DNA of 64,000 bases from an uncultured Stakelama sp. (GTDB taxonomy: Bacteria; Pseudomonadota; Alphaproteobacteria; Sphingomonadales; Sphingomonadaceae). Shown here piece by piece: positions 38,801-47,657 of this stretch (positions within the stretch are counted from its first letter, which is position 1; each line of letters begins with the position of its first letter). A program made the translations under genes and the position numbers. Under the pieces are notes generated by a model. That model was not told where the DNA came from. It was given only the letters and a program-made list of their open reading frames with translations, and made no database searches. The DNA lies in contig CAZBYE010000001.1 of the NCBI GenBank assembly GCA_964496045.1, positions 727-64,726 of the forward strand, read 5' to 3'.

Positions 38801-41800
38801 GCCGCCGGTCTGGGTGATCGCCCCGCCGGTCGGGGTGAACACATTCGGCGCCATATTCGAACGCAGCAGGACGTTACGCGCGGCAATGTTACCGGCCAGC
38901 TCAAGTGCCCGATCGGTCACGATCTCGACGTCGGCTCCGGGGCCTGCCGACAGTCCGTCGATCCGCTTGATCGCGCCCGCGAGGGTAACGCCATCACGGC
39001 CATAGGCGGTGAGCCCGACCGTATCGACCAGCGCCGACCCGGTCTGGCTGATCGCGCCTTGCTCACTGCGCAGCACGGCGTTGCCGCTGGGCGACAGCAC
39101 CCGGTCGATGACGAGGTTGCCGAGATTGGTGAACGCGATGTTCCGGCCCGACAGGCCGACATTCCCGGTGACATTGTTGGTCGTGCCGAGATCCATGTCG
39201 CCGGCCGAGAAGACGGTCAGCGTCGCGGCGGTAATGTTGCCGCCGGTGATGCCCCAGGTGTAGTTGTTGACCGACACGGTCTGGCCGGCCGCATCGATCC
39301 GGTCGACGGTCAGCAGGCCGCCCCATCCGCTGCCGCCGCTGTGGATCGACACCAGTCCGCGGCTGATCACGTCGAGGCGCGCGATCTGGTTGTCGTTATT
39401 GTACAGCTCGACGCCATTGAACGCGTTGAGGATCAGCAAACCGGCGACGAGACCGCCGCTGGACTGTTGCGTGATCTTGCCGATGTTCGAGATCAGCTCG
39501 ACCGTGCCGGTGGGCGAATTGATCGCGTTGATCGCGATATTGCCGGTGCTGCGGAAGCGGATGTCGTTGCCGCTGGCGTCGAAACTGACCGCGCCGACCC
39601 GGTTATGGTTGAGCAGGCGGATACCGGTGCTGGTAGCGGTTCCTGCGGTCGCCTCCAGCCGGTCGGTGACGATGACGGTATTGCCGATCTGGGTCAGGCC
39701 GCCGCCGGTGTTGAAGGCGACCCGGTCGGGCGCCATGATCCGCCCGTCGAGCTCAAGCGCGCCGCTGGTGCGCAGGCTGAACACGCCGCCCGCAGTGACG
39801 TCGTTGACGGTATCGAGCGTGTTGAGGTGATCGAGCACGACATCGCCCGCGGCGATCGCATCGAACCGTCCGGCGCTGAACGCGGTGGTCTGGCCGATAC
39901 CGCCGCCGTCCGAGGTCAGCGACAACAAGCCCGGCGTGCTCACCGCGCCCAGCAGGATCGACTTGACCGAGCGGAAGGTGATGTCGTCACTGGCCGCGAA
40001 GGTGCTGGCCGTGGTCGAGCCGATATCGTTCGCGCCGATCAGGGCGATCCCGGTCGCGGTGACGTCGAGATGGCTGGCGGCGATCGTCCCCGAATATTGG
40101 CCGAGATAGCCCGATATTCCGAACGTCACGCCACCGCTCGCGCTGATGTTGCCCTCCAGCCCGAGGGTCATGAAGCTGTTGTAGCGGATCGATCCGCCCG
40201 CCGTCAGGTTGCCGAGCAAGCCAGTGAAATTCTGCGCCGCGAGATCGATGTCGGTCGCCGCATTGGCGTTCAGCTTGCCCGCCCAGATCGAGTTTCCGGG
40301 GACCAGAAGCTGGCTCACCGACCCGGTGTTGGATGTGAGATTGACGGTGCCGTCCCGCGCGGTGATCGCGTTGACCGTCAGATTGCCGGCATTGCGCAGC
40401 GTGATCGTGCCGCCGATCGCCGAGCGGGCGTTATAGACCCCGGCGGCGTTGGCGCGGTCGAGCATGATGTTGCCGCCCGCCGCGACCAGCGAGACCGTCG
40501 ATGCGGTGACGATGCCGTCCGACTGGGTGATCGATCCGGTTCCGCCCGCCGTCAGGCTGACCGTTCCTGAGGCGAAGAGATTGCCGGCGATGTCGAAGCC
40601 GTCTTCGTCCGCGATGACGACGTCGCCGCCGGTGGCCGTCGCATAGTAGATGCTGCCGATCCGGTTCCCCGCCAGATCGAACCGGATGTCCCCCGCCAGC
40701 GCATCAAGCGAGCCGACATCGATCGCGCCGCTCTGGGTCAGCGCGTTGGCGCTGACGATCCCCCGGTCGGGCGTCCGGAGCGCGAGCAATTCCATCGCGC
40801 CCTGACTGGTATAGCGGATATTGCCCGCGGCGCTGATCAGGCTGACCTTAGGCGTGATGTTGCCGGGCAGGTTGATGTCGATGCCGGTTGCGGCGTTGAC
40901 GTAGAGCGCATTCGCGCGGACGTGGCCGATCGAACCGAGCTCAGTCCCGATGAAGCCGTTGGTCGATGTCAGCGTCATCGTGCCGCCCGCTTCGAGCGTA
41001 TGGCCGACCACGAACGCATCCTGCGCGCGCAGCCTGACGTCGCCGCCCACGCTCAGCACCTCGACGTTGATGAACGTGTTCGCACTGCCATCGAGGGTCA
41101 GGTTGCCGCCCGCCGTCGCCCGAAGCTTGTCCGCGACGATGCTGCCGCCGGTCTGGACGATATCGCCCGTGCCACCCGCGGAGAGGATGAGTCGTTCACC
41201 CGTGACGATGGACCCGCGAATGTCGCCGGTGATGTTGAAGCCATCGACATCCCTGAACGTGATCGTACCGGACGTGTTGGCGAGTCCCCCGACATTGGTG
41301 ATCACATTGTTTCTGCCGAGGGCGATTTCCCTGCGCGCCTCGGCGAACAGCGTATCCGCCGTGAGCACTCCGCTCACCTGATTGATCGTGCCTGTATCGG
41401 AAATCAGGCGAATCGTGCCGTTTGCGGCGGTCATCGCAGCGACGGTCAGGTTCCCGACATTGCGTGCTTTGATATCGCCGGTCGTCGTGGCAAGCGAAAG
41501 CGCAGCCGGACCGAAATTGTTCGCGGCACCCAGGTCGACCCCGGTGCCGGCGTTGACCGTCAGACCCGAATAGCTGCTCATCGCCACGCTTTGGGTGAGC
41601 CGGCCGGCGGTATCGAACCGCACCGCCTGTCCCGTGGCGGTGACTGGACCGGCGATGTCGAGATCACCCGTCGCATCGTTGACGCGGATACCGCCGCTGG
41701 TGGCATTCGTCAGCGTGCCGAGCCGCTCGATCGAATTGGCCTTGTCGAGGATGATGCCGGTCGCCGCCGAGGCATGGAGAATATCCGCGCTGATCGATCC

Positions 41801-44800
41801 GCTGGTCTGGGCTATGCTCCCATTCTGCACCGTCAGCGAAACACTTTGCCCGGCGGCGGTGACGTTGCCGTTCAGGACCATGTTGACGCCGCGGCTGGCG
41901 ATATCGATCCCGCCCGAACCCGTGTTGGTGAGGCCGAGGATCGTGCGGATGCCGTTCCAGTCATTGTTGAGCGAGATGCCGTCGGCCGCCGAGACGGTGA
42001 GCTGGCTCGCGTGGACGCCGTCCATGAAACCGCTCGCCTGGGTGATCGCGCCGGCGTCGCTGGTCAGCGTCACCCGGCTGCCGATCACCGCATAGGTCAC
42101 GCGGAAGCCGTCCGTGTCGCGGAACAGCACGTCGCCGCCGCCGGACGCGGCGAGGACGTAGAGATTATCGACATCGTTCGCGCCGCCGAGCAGGACCGAG
42201 CCGGTGGTCATCGTCTGGTTGAGCTGAGCGTCGAGCGTGGTCGCCTTGATCCGGCCGCCGGTCTGGTTGATCCCGGTGCGGGCGTAGAGCGCCAGGGTTC
42301 CGCCGACATCGATATCGCCGGTCAGCGTGTAGCCGCCGCTCGCCCGGACCGTGGCGTTGGTGCCCGCGCTCAGCCCGCGAATCTCGGAGATGAGGTTGTT
42401 GGTGTTGTTGAAGGTGACGACACCGTTCGCGGCATGGGCGATCAGCGCCGAAGCATTGATCGCATCGGCCGAAGTGATCGAGCCATTGTCCGAGGTGAGC
42501 GAAAGGACGCCGCCATTGGTGTAGCCGCCGATCGCGGTCAGATCGATCGCACCCGCATTGCGCAGCGTAAGGTCGCCCGCCGCGACGATACGGGTGTCAT
42601 TGCTGACCAGATTGTTCGCGCCGCCGAGCAGCACGTTGGCACCGCTGAAATGGGCCGCGTTGGAGTCGACACGGCCGGTGCCGCTCTGGACCAGATCGCC
42701 TGAGCCGCGCAGGCTGACATAATGGCCCGAGATGGTGCCCGCGGTCTGCGCGATTCCGCCACCATTCGCCCGCAGGTCGATCGTGCGGAGCCCCGGCTTG
42801 TTCGTCGTGACATCGCCAGCAACGGTGAAGCCGCCATTGTTGGTGACGAGGACGTCGCCATAGGCAGCCACCAGCCGGGTAAAGCTGTTCACATCGACGC
42901 TGTTGGTCAGGTTGATATGACCGGCGTCTACCGACAGGCTGTCGACGGTGATCCCGTTCGACGACAGGTCGCCGCCCGCGGTAACCGCCGCGCTCCCCGT
43001 GGTGTTGAGCGCGACCGAAAGCGCTCCGGTTGCATTGAGCGCGATGCGCCCGCCGCCGGTGGAGATTCCCTCCACGTCGCTGAAGCTGTTGGCGGCCGTC
43101 AGGCTGATATCGCCGGCTGCGGTTGCGCTCAGCGTTCCCATGCCGATGAAGCTGCCGCCGGTCTGGGTAATGCTTCCGGTCCCGGCCATCAGCGTCAGTT
43201 TGCGGCCGTTCGCCGCGAGGGTCCCGCTCAGCGTCAGGCTGTCATCGGCGCGGACCGTCGCGTCGGCGTTACTCACGCCGAGTTGGAGCAGGTTGGTGCT
43301 GCCCGCGACGTTGATCGTGCCGCCCTCGATCAGGCCCAGATAGAGTCCGGGTGTCGAGAATTTGCCGCTACCCGACACCGCGCCGCGTGCGGTGAAGATC
43401 ACACGGCTCGTGGAGCTGATCGTGCCGTCGATCGCGAGCGGGTTGTTCGTGCCGACGCGCAGCCGCACCTCGCCCGTGCTGCTGGTGATATTGCCAAGCC
43501 GCGCGATGCTGTTGTCGGCGGCGGTGCCGATATCGATGTGGCCCGTCGCGCTGGCGGAGAAGGAATTGGCGGTGAACGCGATATTGCCCTGCTGGATATC
43601 GCCCTGGTCGGAGATCAGCGTCAACGCGCCGATCGGCGTCGCGCCGCCATTGAAAAAGAGGCTGTAGGCCGAACGATAGGTGACGTCGCTGCCTGAGCCC
43701 CAGCCAAGGAACACGTCGCCAAAATCGGAAAGCCGGTTGGCGCCGGCGAGGATCAGGTCATCGCCGGCCTGCACCGTGGTCGAGGCCGCGGTGACGCCCG
43801 TGCCATGGATCACCGCGCTCGCATCTTGCACGATCGAACCCGCCGCCTGAAGGTAGACCTGCCGGCCGGTGATCGTACCCGCGGTCTGGTTGATCGCGGC
43901 TGCATTCGACCGCAGCGACACGTCGGCGCTGCTCGCCACGCTGATATTGCCGCCAATGTTGATCGTGGAGTCGGTGTTGATGCTGACGCCGCTGCCGGTC
44001 GAGGTCAGGTAGCGATAGCTGCCGATCTGGAGCACGCTCTGGTTGAGATCGATATAGTTGGCCGCCCGGATCCCCAGCGTGCCCGCGTGCATCGCGGCGC
44101 CGGCGATCGCCGCGCCTCCCGCATCGACCGTCGCATTGCCGAGCGTATCGACGGCGAAGCTCAGGCTCCCCGCCGATTTGACGCTGATGTCGCCGGCCAC
44201 GGATGTGCCGTAGAAGCCGTCGATCTGGTTAGTCAGGCCGCCGAAATCGATGTTGCCGGCTGCGGTCGCACGGACGGTGCCGCCATTATAGATCGCGTCG
44301 CCCGTCTGGACGATATTGCCCGTCGCGGCATTCAGCCTCAGCACATGGTTGTTCAGCCGCATACCGCCGGTCATCGAAATGCCGCCGGCAGCGTTGATCG
44401 TCATGTCGCCGCTGGCGTTCGAATAATCGATATTGGCATTGCCCGCGACATTGAGCGTGCCCGCGGCATCGAACGACAGCCTGCCCGCGCTGATCAGGCC
44501 TGCGCCGGTGATCAGGCCGGTGCTGCTCAGGCCGACGGCGCCCGGCGTGGTGATCGGACCGGCGATCTCGTAGCTGTCGCCGGCGAAGCTGATATAGCCG
44601 CTGGTGCTGGTCAGGCTGGTGAGCTTGGCGACCGAGTTCGGTGTGCCGCTGGCCCCCGCGCCAAGCTCCACATTGCCGGCCGCGGAAGCCGAAAGTGTAT
44701 TCGCGGTGATCTTGGGGCCATTCTGGTGAATGTGGCCGGTCTCGGCGATGAGCCGGATGCTCCCGCCCGCCGCATTCTGGCTTCCGTTGAGCAGCACATA

Positions 44801-45814
44801 GCCGCTCGAGACCAGATCGATCGCACTGGCGGTGAGGTCGCCGGCCGAAAGATTGCCGGTGCCCGAACCGGCCACGACGCTCGCCGCGACCGCACCGTTC
44901 ACGATATCGCGGTTGGTGGTGAGCACGATCGCCCCGGTCTCGTCGGTGCCGACGGTGGTGGCGGTGATCGCACCGGGAGCGACGAGCTGACTCACCAGCC
45001 CGGTCTGCGAGACCACGCTCACGAACACGCGGTTGCCGCTGGTATCGCCCTGCAGATAGGCCGTACCGCCATAGCCGCCGGCGCCTGCCGACACCTCGAA
45101 GCTCAGCAGGTCGAGGTCGTTGGTCGAGGTGGGGCGGAAGCTCACCTTGTAGCCCGAAGCCGAACCATAGAGCACATTGCCGCCGCCGCTGGCGGTCATG
45201 GTCGAGCCGGTTTCAGTATTGATGATCGGTGAGACCAGCGCGAGCGCGCCGCCCCGGGTGTTGATCTGCGCACCGGTCCGCACGTCGATCCGCGCACCGT
45301 CATAGGCGCCGCTAAAGTTGAAGCTGGTCGAGCTGCCGTCGAGGAACCCACCCGCGCTGCCGTCGGTCGCGCGGTCGAGCGCGGCGGTGGTGACCAGCAG
45401 GCCGCCGGTGTTGATCCGGGCATTGGCGCCGATCACCACGCCATTGGCGTTGTAGATCCAGATATTGCCGCCGTTGGGGCCGCCCGCCCCGATCATGCCG
45501 TTGAGGTCGCCGTTGATCGTGCTGCCCGCGCCGCCCACCCGATTGAGCACGATGTCGCTGCGGTTGGCGAAGATGAAGTCCGCGCGTTCGCCGCTGTTGA
45601 TGTCGAACCGGTCCCAGTCGATCACCGTGCGCGATCCGCCCAGCGTCACCGTGGTGTTGCCACCCGCCTGATTGATCGTCGGCGCCCCGCCATTACTCTG
45701 TGCCGGGGTCGGTCCCTGGACGAGCTGCGCGTGCGCGGGGGCGCCCCAGACGGCGGCGAGCGCGAGCGCGCCCAATGCCGAGGTGGTGAACAGGCTGCTG
45801 CGGCGGGCGGACAT
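29825..45814 (-). CDS. Giant two-partner-secretion exoprotein (TpsA, filamentous-haemagglutinin-like adhesin), about 5,330 aa
   Basis: Signal peptide, TPS domain (VIDWDRFDI, IVLNRV, WIYNANGVVIG), long Gly/Ala/Thr beta-helix repeats, C-terminal MBG-like and YDG repeats; directly downstream of tpsB. Confidence 0.93.
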   Translation of the reverse strand: MSARRSSLFTTSALGALALAAVWGAPAHAQLVQGPTPAQSNGGAPTINQAGGNTTVTLGGSRTVIDWDRFDINSGERADFIFANRSDIVLNRVGGAGSTINGDLNGMIGAGGPNGGNIWIYNANGVVIGANARINTGGLLVTTAALDRATDGSAGGFLDGSSTSFNFSGAYDGARIDVRTGAQINTRGGALALVSPIINTETGSTMTASGGGNVLYGSASGYKVSFRPTSTNDLDLLSFEVSAGAGGYGGTAYLQGDTSGNRVFVSVVSQTGLVSQLVAPGAITATTVGTDETGAIVLTTNRDIVNGAVAASVVAGSGTGNLSAGDLTASAIDLVSSGYVLLNGSQNAAGGSIRLIAETGHIHQNGPKITANTLSASAAGNVELGAGASGTPNSVAKLTSLTSTSGYISFAGDSYEIAGPITTPGAVGLSSTGLITGAGLISAGRLSFDAAGTLNVAGNANIDYSNASGDMTINAAGGISMTGGMRLNNHVLRLNAATGNIVQTGDAIYNGGTVRATAAGNIDFGGLTNQIDGFYGTSVAGDISVKSAGSLSFAVDTLGNATVDAGGAAIAGAAMHAGTLGIRAANYIDLNQSVLQIGSYRYLTSTGSGVSINTDSTINIGGNISVASSADVSLRSNAAAINQTAGTITGRQVYLQAAGSIVQDASAVIHGTGVTAASTTVQAGDDLILAGANRLSDFGDVFLGWGSGSDVTYRSAYSLFFNGGATPIGALTLISDQGDIQQGNIAFTANSFSASATGHIDIGTAADNSIARLGNITSSTGEVRLRVGTNNPLAIDGTISSTSRVIFTARGAVSGSGKFSTPGLYLGLIEGGTINVAGSTNLLQLGVSNADATVRADDSLTLSGTLAANGRKLTLMAGTGSITQTGGSFIGMGTLSATAAGDISLTAANSFSDVEGISTGGGRIALNATGALSVALNTTGSAAVTAGGDLSSNGITVDSLSVDAGHINLTNSVDVNSFTRLVAAYGDVLVTNNGGFTVAGDVTTNKPGLRTIDLRANGGGIAQTAGTISGHYVSLRGSGDLVQSGTGRVDSNAAHFSGANVLLGGANNLVSNDTRIVAAGDLTLRNAGAIDLTAIGGYTNGGVLSLTSDNGSITSADAINASALIAHAANGVVTFNNTNNLISEIRGLSAGTNATVRASGGYTLTGDIDVGGTLALYARTGINQTGGRIKATTLDAQLNQTMTTGSVLLGGANDVDNLYVLAASGGGDVLFRDTDGFRVTYAVIGSRVTLTSDAGAITQASGFMDGVHASQLTVSAADGISLNNDWNGIRTILGLTNTGSGGIDIASRGVNMVLNGNVTAAGQSVSLTVQNGSIAQTSGSISADILHASAATGIILDKANSIERLGTLTNATSGGIRVNDATGDLDIAGPVTATGQAVRFDTAGRLTQSVAMSSYSGLTVNAGTGVDLGAANNFGPAALSLATTTGDIKARNVGNLTVAAMTAANGTIRLISDTGTINQVSGVLTADTLFAEARREIALGRNNVITNVGGLANTSGTITFRDVDGFNITGDIRGSIVTGERLILSAGGTGDIVQTGGSIVADKLRATAGGNLTLDGSANTFINVEVLSVGGDVRLRAQDAFVVGHTLEAGGTMTLTSTNGFIGTELGSIGHVRANALYVNAATGIDINLPGNITPKVSLISAAGNIRYTSQGAMELLALRTPDRGIVSANALTQSGAIDVGSLDALAGDIRFDLAGNRIGSIYYATATGGDVVIADEDGFDIAGNLFASGTVSLTAGGTGSITQSDGIVTASTVSLVAAGGNIMLDRANAAGVYNARSAIGGTITLRNAGNLTVNAITARDGTVNLTSNTGSVSQLLVPGNSIWAGKLNANAATDIDLAAQNFTGLLGNLTAGGSIRYNSFMTLGLEGNISASGGVTFGISGYLGQYSGTIAASHLDVTATGIALIGANDIGSTTASTFAASDDITFRSVKSILLGAVSTPGLLSLTSDGGGIGQTTAFSAGRFDAIAAGDVVLDHLNTLDTVNDVTAGGVFSLRTSGALELDGRIMAPDRVAFNTGGGLTQIGNTVIVTDRLEATAGTATSTGIRLLNHNRVGAVSFDASGNDIRFRSTGNIAINAINSPTGTVELISNIGKITQQSSGGLVAGLLILNAFNGVELYNNDNQIARLDVISRGLVSIHSGGSGWGGLLTVDRIDAAGQTVSVNNYTWGITGGNITAATLTVFSAGDMDLGTTNNVTGNVGLSGRNIAFTNLGNLVIDRVLSPSGNAVLRSEQGAISQTGSALVDTVGLTAYGRDGVTLAGAIKRIDGLSAGPGADVEIVTDRALELAGNIAARNVLLRSNMAPNVFTPTGGAITQTGGVITADLFRGSAYGAIDLRLGNQIAALGDVWSFTSGISITSGRALDLTGALTATNGDVALDAASIGQSGGSIEALGLRARATGAIDLGAANLISATGTVTFDAGADIAFRNNGGFTLGMVDTPGAATFTSTNGSIGQAASTRIGASRLSVSAANGGIALNEANLVDTLGGLAAGGDIVFRNAGDFALDGDIAAAGHEVTLRSNTGAISQTSGTITALGLSAAAGGAITLGGANSVNNLRDVTAGGDFLYRNATALMLWGDVTAAGHEVTLKTDSGSLLQMLFTSGIITANRLNASAGGALNFNHANRVNELGDYRSGSGVVGFTNDGSFALAGDISGDELVLQSLTGGITQTAGSIDTGSIHASADGSILLNRTNQVAAAGPVRLVSNTGNVTFRALGDFTLDFGFAAGTFDVTSDHGKIGQSGLITANLLNARAGGDIILTGDNAVTNLGMLNAGGDIAFTAVGDLLLTDAIDAGGNVSLVANTGEITQSGGAITAASLNVMADRNIALGGANTVSAFAGTSVTGDIALRNTGSISLGAVSLPGTFVLTSDAGAVTQTGDLAAGLLDVTARAGITLTRSGNAIAGAIRLANLGTGGIAYTGSGDILIGAIRATGQTVTLRVAGKIDQQAGIEAGTLNLSATNATLLSAGNLIDTLGAVDVSSLSLSTDTGLDLAGAVTASGTVSLAVNGRLTQSGGLVTAPSLSITASGGIDLGSINQVDALTATNSGGSGDVRFVNGRALTVNNLVSDHGDLTLRLTAGQLTLGGTIFSLGNMDFDAAGDIGGSGSLDSRAGLRAMSGGSIVLRSVSGRDDILINAAGDATVAELVHLSGGTDAAGNGYIVDILGNNVTLGASDPGAISGTHRLYVETSPVVRIGARAGNVRLNLATMNGSVSIAATGDVLAYAVDDLNLTDIVGTKVDLTSANGDVIANRVDVAGNYSLAGRYFYNGALQPIGTRAGRWTLTTGGDLDASGRTLEFGGGIDFTVGGALSNGSFRSLAGAVAITAGSVDLYQIGAANGVDVLANSGNLDLFSADTAAGNLSLTGGTVRVSGALAAGADVAVVATTGDAVIGYAMAGRNIGITAQGDATLRQANLTGATGDLTIGAGGNATLGDDDAMSGIGTDRWFVRAVGSTGMASITGGAGVSINLDHSARLDNISGRRVEVNVATGDLTIGQLTALTERGIVNVLGGSLVIGSAAATGSALDLFADGDLTLLSSANGFETYLTAGGLLDTRTAIINGASYVELTAGEVRAGAITSGGDIDVLSTSGAITVDSVHSTGGDAIFSAFTDLNLGNVVANGGQLQAGGNATLRAITAANGFALVALGNITLGADTVAQITGSNLLATGGSLSGCACGSGGATLISLNGSVNVNLQSATGVFDTIAAGVSGDANVHVATGDLGIGDLAGHNIAITLPGGTLTLTNPVSSGGNYTLTARDFAGNALLPIVGGGATRLNNVTITDTDGDLSAGGNLVAAGDIRINSVGNITGALSLLAEGDVDVVARAIRLGDVAGRDIVLNASAGGVDVVGAVTVGRNYTLTGTGFFGNALAMTGTRAGDLFVTDTAGDFDYMTLDLGFAGSATLRANGGAIRGGDIGTLGNLSLSASGVSAGLLRSTQGGVDVERSAGADLHGVQASHAIRISAGGELRLGSADLRGTGRHAITLGERGEQGFAASSAGAIGSGHVFTSAGSALTGGGVQADGAIAINLDRSAEFTDIGGGTLELTVRNGDLSIGGIRTVGALFVTGPAGALSIGDVETSAGHIGIAGQGNVTTGAVNGRFVVNIGSGAGSLAFRKITGGDVILSAAGGIIASGFDAGVFADSLALTAGGDVDLATHGTGSRIGRLGAVTIAHGGFALNNLQDLALAGAIDVRDGTLDLSVAGALSQNSGAILAQRLTGSVTNYARLDGANGIASLGAFNAGGLLLNNVTALGIDGVVDGGAGSVTIRSHGGMMIAATGAVRSAAAGDAITLASDGLFHNLAGGTALDAANGRWLVYTQAAGNAGASDPANNFGGLAGRSFYGAAYNFATGSFGTAPNAGNRFVYGYRPVLSVLPNNIIVTYDGQVPVLGAGITGLVNGDSAADAWSGAAGLSGAGRNAGTYNIVANLGTLASDMNYDFAFGSGTLRIDPRAITATLAASGKVYDGTTATSGTLSLGGVIAGDDVGVSGSLAFGDKNAGTGKTVTASGIALNGADAGNYTVNLTATSLADILARAITATLTANGKTYDGTTGATGTLSLGGVLAGDDVGVTSALAFGDKNAATGKTVTASSIALSGTDAGNYVVNASATGFADILARAITATLSANGKVYDGTAAATGALTLDGVLAGDTVSASGGYAFSDKNAGTGKTVTANGITLSGADAGNYVVNTSATALADILARVVTATLVANGKVYDGTTAAAGTLSLNGVIAGDTVNAMGSYAFGDKNAGTGKTVTASGIALSGADAGNYTVNATTTALADILARAVTATLTANGKTYDGTTGATGTLSLGGVLAGDQVGAAGSYAFADKNAGNGKTVTASGIALSGADAGNYTVNASATALADIVARAITATLAANGKVYDGTIAATGTLSLGGVLAGDSVNVSGSYAFADRNAGTGKVVTASGITLGGADAGNYSVNTTATGLADILARAITATLAANGRVYDGTTAASGALSLGGVLAGDTVNASGNYAFADRNAGNGKTVTASGITLSGADAGNYTVNVTATALADILARTITATLAANGKVYDGTTAATGALSLSGVIAGDQVGAAGNYAFGDKNAGADKTVTASGITLSGADAANYIVNRAATDVATIARLAITGTATADSRVYDGTTMATGRITLNGVLVGDNVSASAAYAFADRNAGTARTVSVNGVTLNGADAGNYAVTLGGGPVLADILRRAVTVRANDLTKLFGQRDPGFTWRVVGGSLVAGDGFTGELARTPGEQAGTYAIDRGSLTLSPNYSLTVVPGSLVIRFTQSGADASDALHRRRPTSEFSLYEDPSVNLIGDAQGE
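30170..32415 (-). repeat. Nine tandem YDG repeats (249 bp / 83 aa period)
   Basis: GKVYDGT...DKNAGTGKTVT...GADAGNY units recur at about 32371, 32122, 31873, 31624, 31375, 31126, 30877, 30628 and 30379. Confidence 0.92.
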
Positions 45815-45825
45815 GGCGGTTTCCT

Positions 45826-47532
45826 TCACGAGATCGACGCGGACAGGCTGATCAGGAATCGGTCAGATGGCTTCGGGGCGGTGGGGGCGAGCCGGTCGAA
45901 CGGATGCGCCCAGGCGGCGTCGATCGAGATCCACGGCGCGAACTGCGCGCGCACGCCCAACCCTGCCGAACGCAGGCGGGTGTCGCCCGCGCCCGGACCG
46001 ATATTGGTCAGTCGCACCGCGTCGACGAAACCATAGGGTCGGAAGGCGATCCGCTTGTCGACCGCGACCGGCACCGTGGTCAGCTCGAACGTCGTGCCCA
46101 GCGCGCGATCGCCCGAGGCGGCGGACGGGTCATAACCGCGCCCGATCGACAGGTTGCCGGCCGAAAACTCCTCATAGGAGAGCAGCGGCACATTGCTGTA
46201 TTGCCAGCTGCCCGACACGGTGGCGACGACCGGCCCGAACAACCGGCCGCCGACCGCCCATTCGGCGCGGATCACCGCGGCGTCGGGCTGCCCGCCAAAG
46301 CGCGACGCGACCCGGTTGCCATAGGGCGATGCACCCAGCGCATTCAGCCCCTTGCGCAACTCGATCGATCCCGTCGCCGCGACCGAATGACTGGCGAGCG
46401 CAGCAGGCGCCCAATGGCCGTCGAGCCGGGCGAACAGGATGCGCAGCTTGTCCTCGGTCAGCGTGGCGATGCCGCCGCCGAACTCGACCTTCTGGTCGAT
46501 CCAGTCGAGCCCGCCCGACAAAGTGAGATTGTGGCGGCGGTGGCGAAGCAGCGGATAGCTCAGCCGCGCATTGCCCGCAAAGCTGTTGCCAAGCAGCTTG
46601 AGCGCCGACACCGGGCCGCCCGGCCGGGTCCGCGCGAACGACCCCGACAGGCCGAGCGTCAACCCCTCCCCGCCAATCTTCATGCTTTCAGTGATTTGGA
46701 GCACGCGCTGCTCGGTGCTGCCGAGCGTGCCGTAGCCGACGATCGAGGTGCGTTCGCCCAGCGGGGTGAAGCTGTTGACGTCGACCCGAGCAGTGGCGAG
46801 TTCGCGGCCGATCGAGATCGAGCCATAGTCGTTGACGCTGAAGCTTGCCGCGAACGGCTTGCGCGACACTGCGATGTCGAGCTCGACCGCGCCATTGCCG
46901 CCCGCCGCCTGCCGAAGCGACGCCTGAACCGAAACACCCGGAATGTCCGAGGCCAGCAACAGGTAGCGTTGCGCGACGTTGAGGTCGAAGGGCACCAGCC
47001 CCTTGAGCTTGTCGAGATGGCGCGCCACCTGGCGCTGCGCGGGGCCGGCGTTGCCGCTGTAATTGACCGAAATGACATGCGCCTCGGTCACGTCGAGGAC
47101 GATCCGCCCGTCGGCGATCCGCTGCTCGGGGATGTTGACCGCGGCGAGCACGCCGCGGCGCAGATAGAGCGAGGCAACCCGGTCGCGGATCGTGCAGATC
47201 GCGCTCACCGGCAGCGCCTGTCCGGCAAGGTCACGCCAGGCGAGCGCTAGGCGCTCGTCGTCGAGCGCGAGCGTGCCGTTGGTACCGCGGAAGGTGACGC
47301 TGCTCAGCGTAAATTTGAGATCGCTGCCGGCAAAGGCGCATGGCCCCGCCTCGATATTGCGGAACAACTCGCCGCGTGGCGCCGCAGGAAGTGCGGGCTG
47401 ACGCGCGGGGTTCAGTTCCTGCCGCGAAGGCAGCGTCTGTTGCGCATGCGCGGGAATCGCCACTCCCGCCATCAGCAGCGCCACGGCAATGGGCATGCGC
47501 CCGCATACGGCATGACCGGCGTACGTCATCAA
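45826..47532 (-). CDS. TpsB (ShlB/FhaC/HecB) outer-membrane secretion protein
   Basis: Signal peptide, POTRA region (YLRRGVLA...PEQRI), GRGYD loop-6 motif, C-terminal beta strands. Confidence 0.9.
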   Translation of the reverse strand: MMTYAGHAVCGRMPIAVALLMAGVAIPAHAQQTLPSRQELNPARQPALPAAPRGELFRNIEAGPCAFAGSDLKFTLSSVTFRGTNGTLALDDERLALAWRDLAGQALPVSAICTIRDRVASLYLRRGVLAAVNIPEQRIADGRIVLDVTEAHVISVNYSGNAGPAQRQVARHLDKLKGLVPFDLNVAQRYLLLASDIPGVSVQASLRQAAGGNGAVELDIAVSRKPFAASFSVNDYGSISIGRELATARVDVNSFTPLGERTSIVGYGTLGSTEQRVLQITESMKIGGEGLTLGLSGSFARTRPGGPVSALKLLGNSFAGNARLSYPLLRHRRHNLTLSGGLDWIDQKVEFGGGIATLTEDKLRILFARLDGHWAPAALASHSVAATGSIELRKGLNALGASPYGNRVASRFGGQPDAAVIRAEWAVGGRLFGPVVATVSGSWQYSNVPLLSYEEFSAGNLSIGRGYDPSAASGDRALGTTFELTTVPVAVDKRIAFRPYGFVDAVRLTNIGPGAGDTRLRSAGLGVRAQFAPWISIDAAWAHPFDRLAPTAPKPSDRFLISLSASIS

Positions 47533-47635
47533 ACGGCTTTCGTTCTGAGGAAACTGACTGGCGGAATCGCCGCGCGCCCCTTCACCGGCATTGGTGATCC
47601 CGCGCGGGCTTCGTATCGGAAGTGAGGTGGGGCGT

Positions 47636-47657
47636 CTGTCGCTACTAATAGTGACAG
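47636..47657. promoter_or_regulatory. 22-bp palindromic operator candidate upstream of tpsBA
   Basis: CTGTCGCTA-CTAA-TAGTGACAG; near-identical copy at 49119-49140. Confidence 0.65.

Noticed and set aside
29825-47532. Contact-dependent inhibition (CdiBAI) system
   Set aside because: No pre-toxin motif, toxin domain or immunity gene; the C-terminus is YDG/MBG-like.
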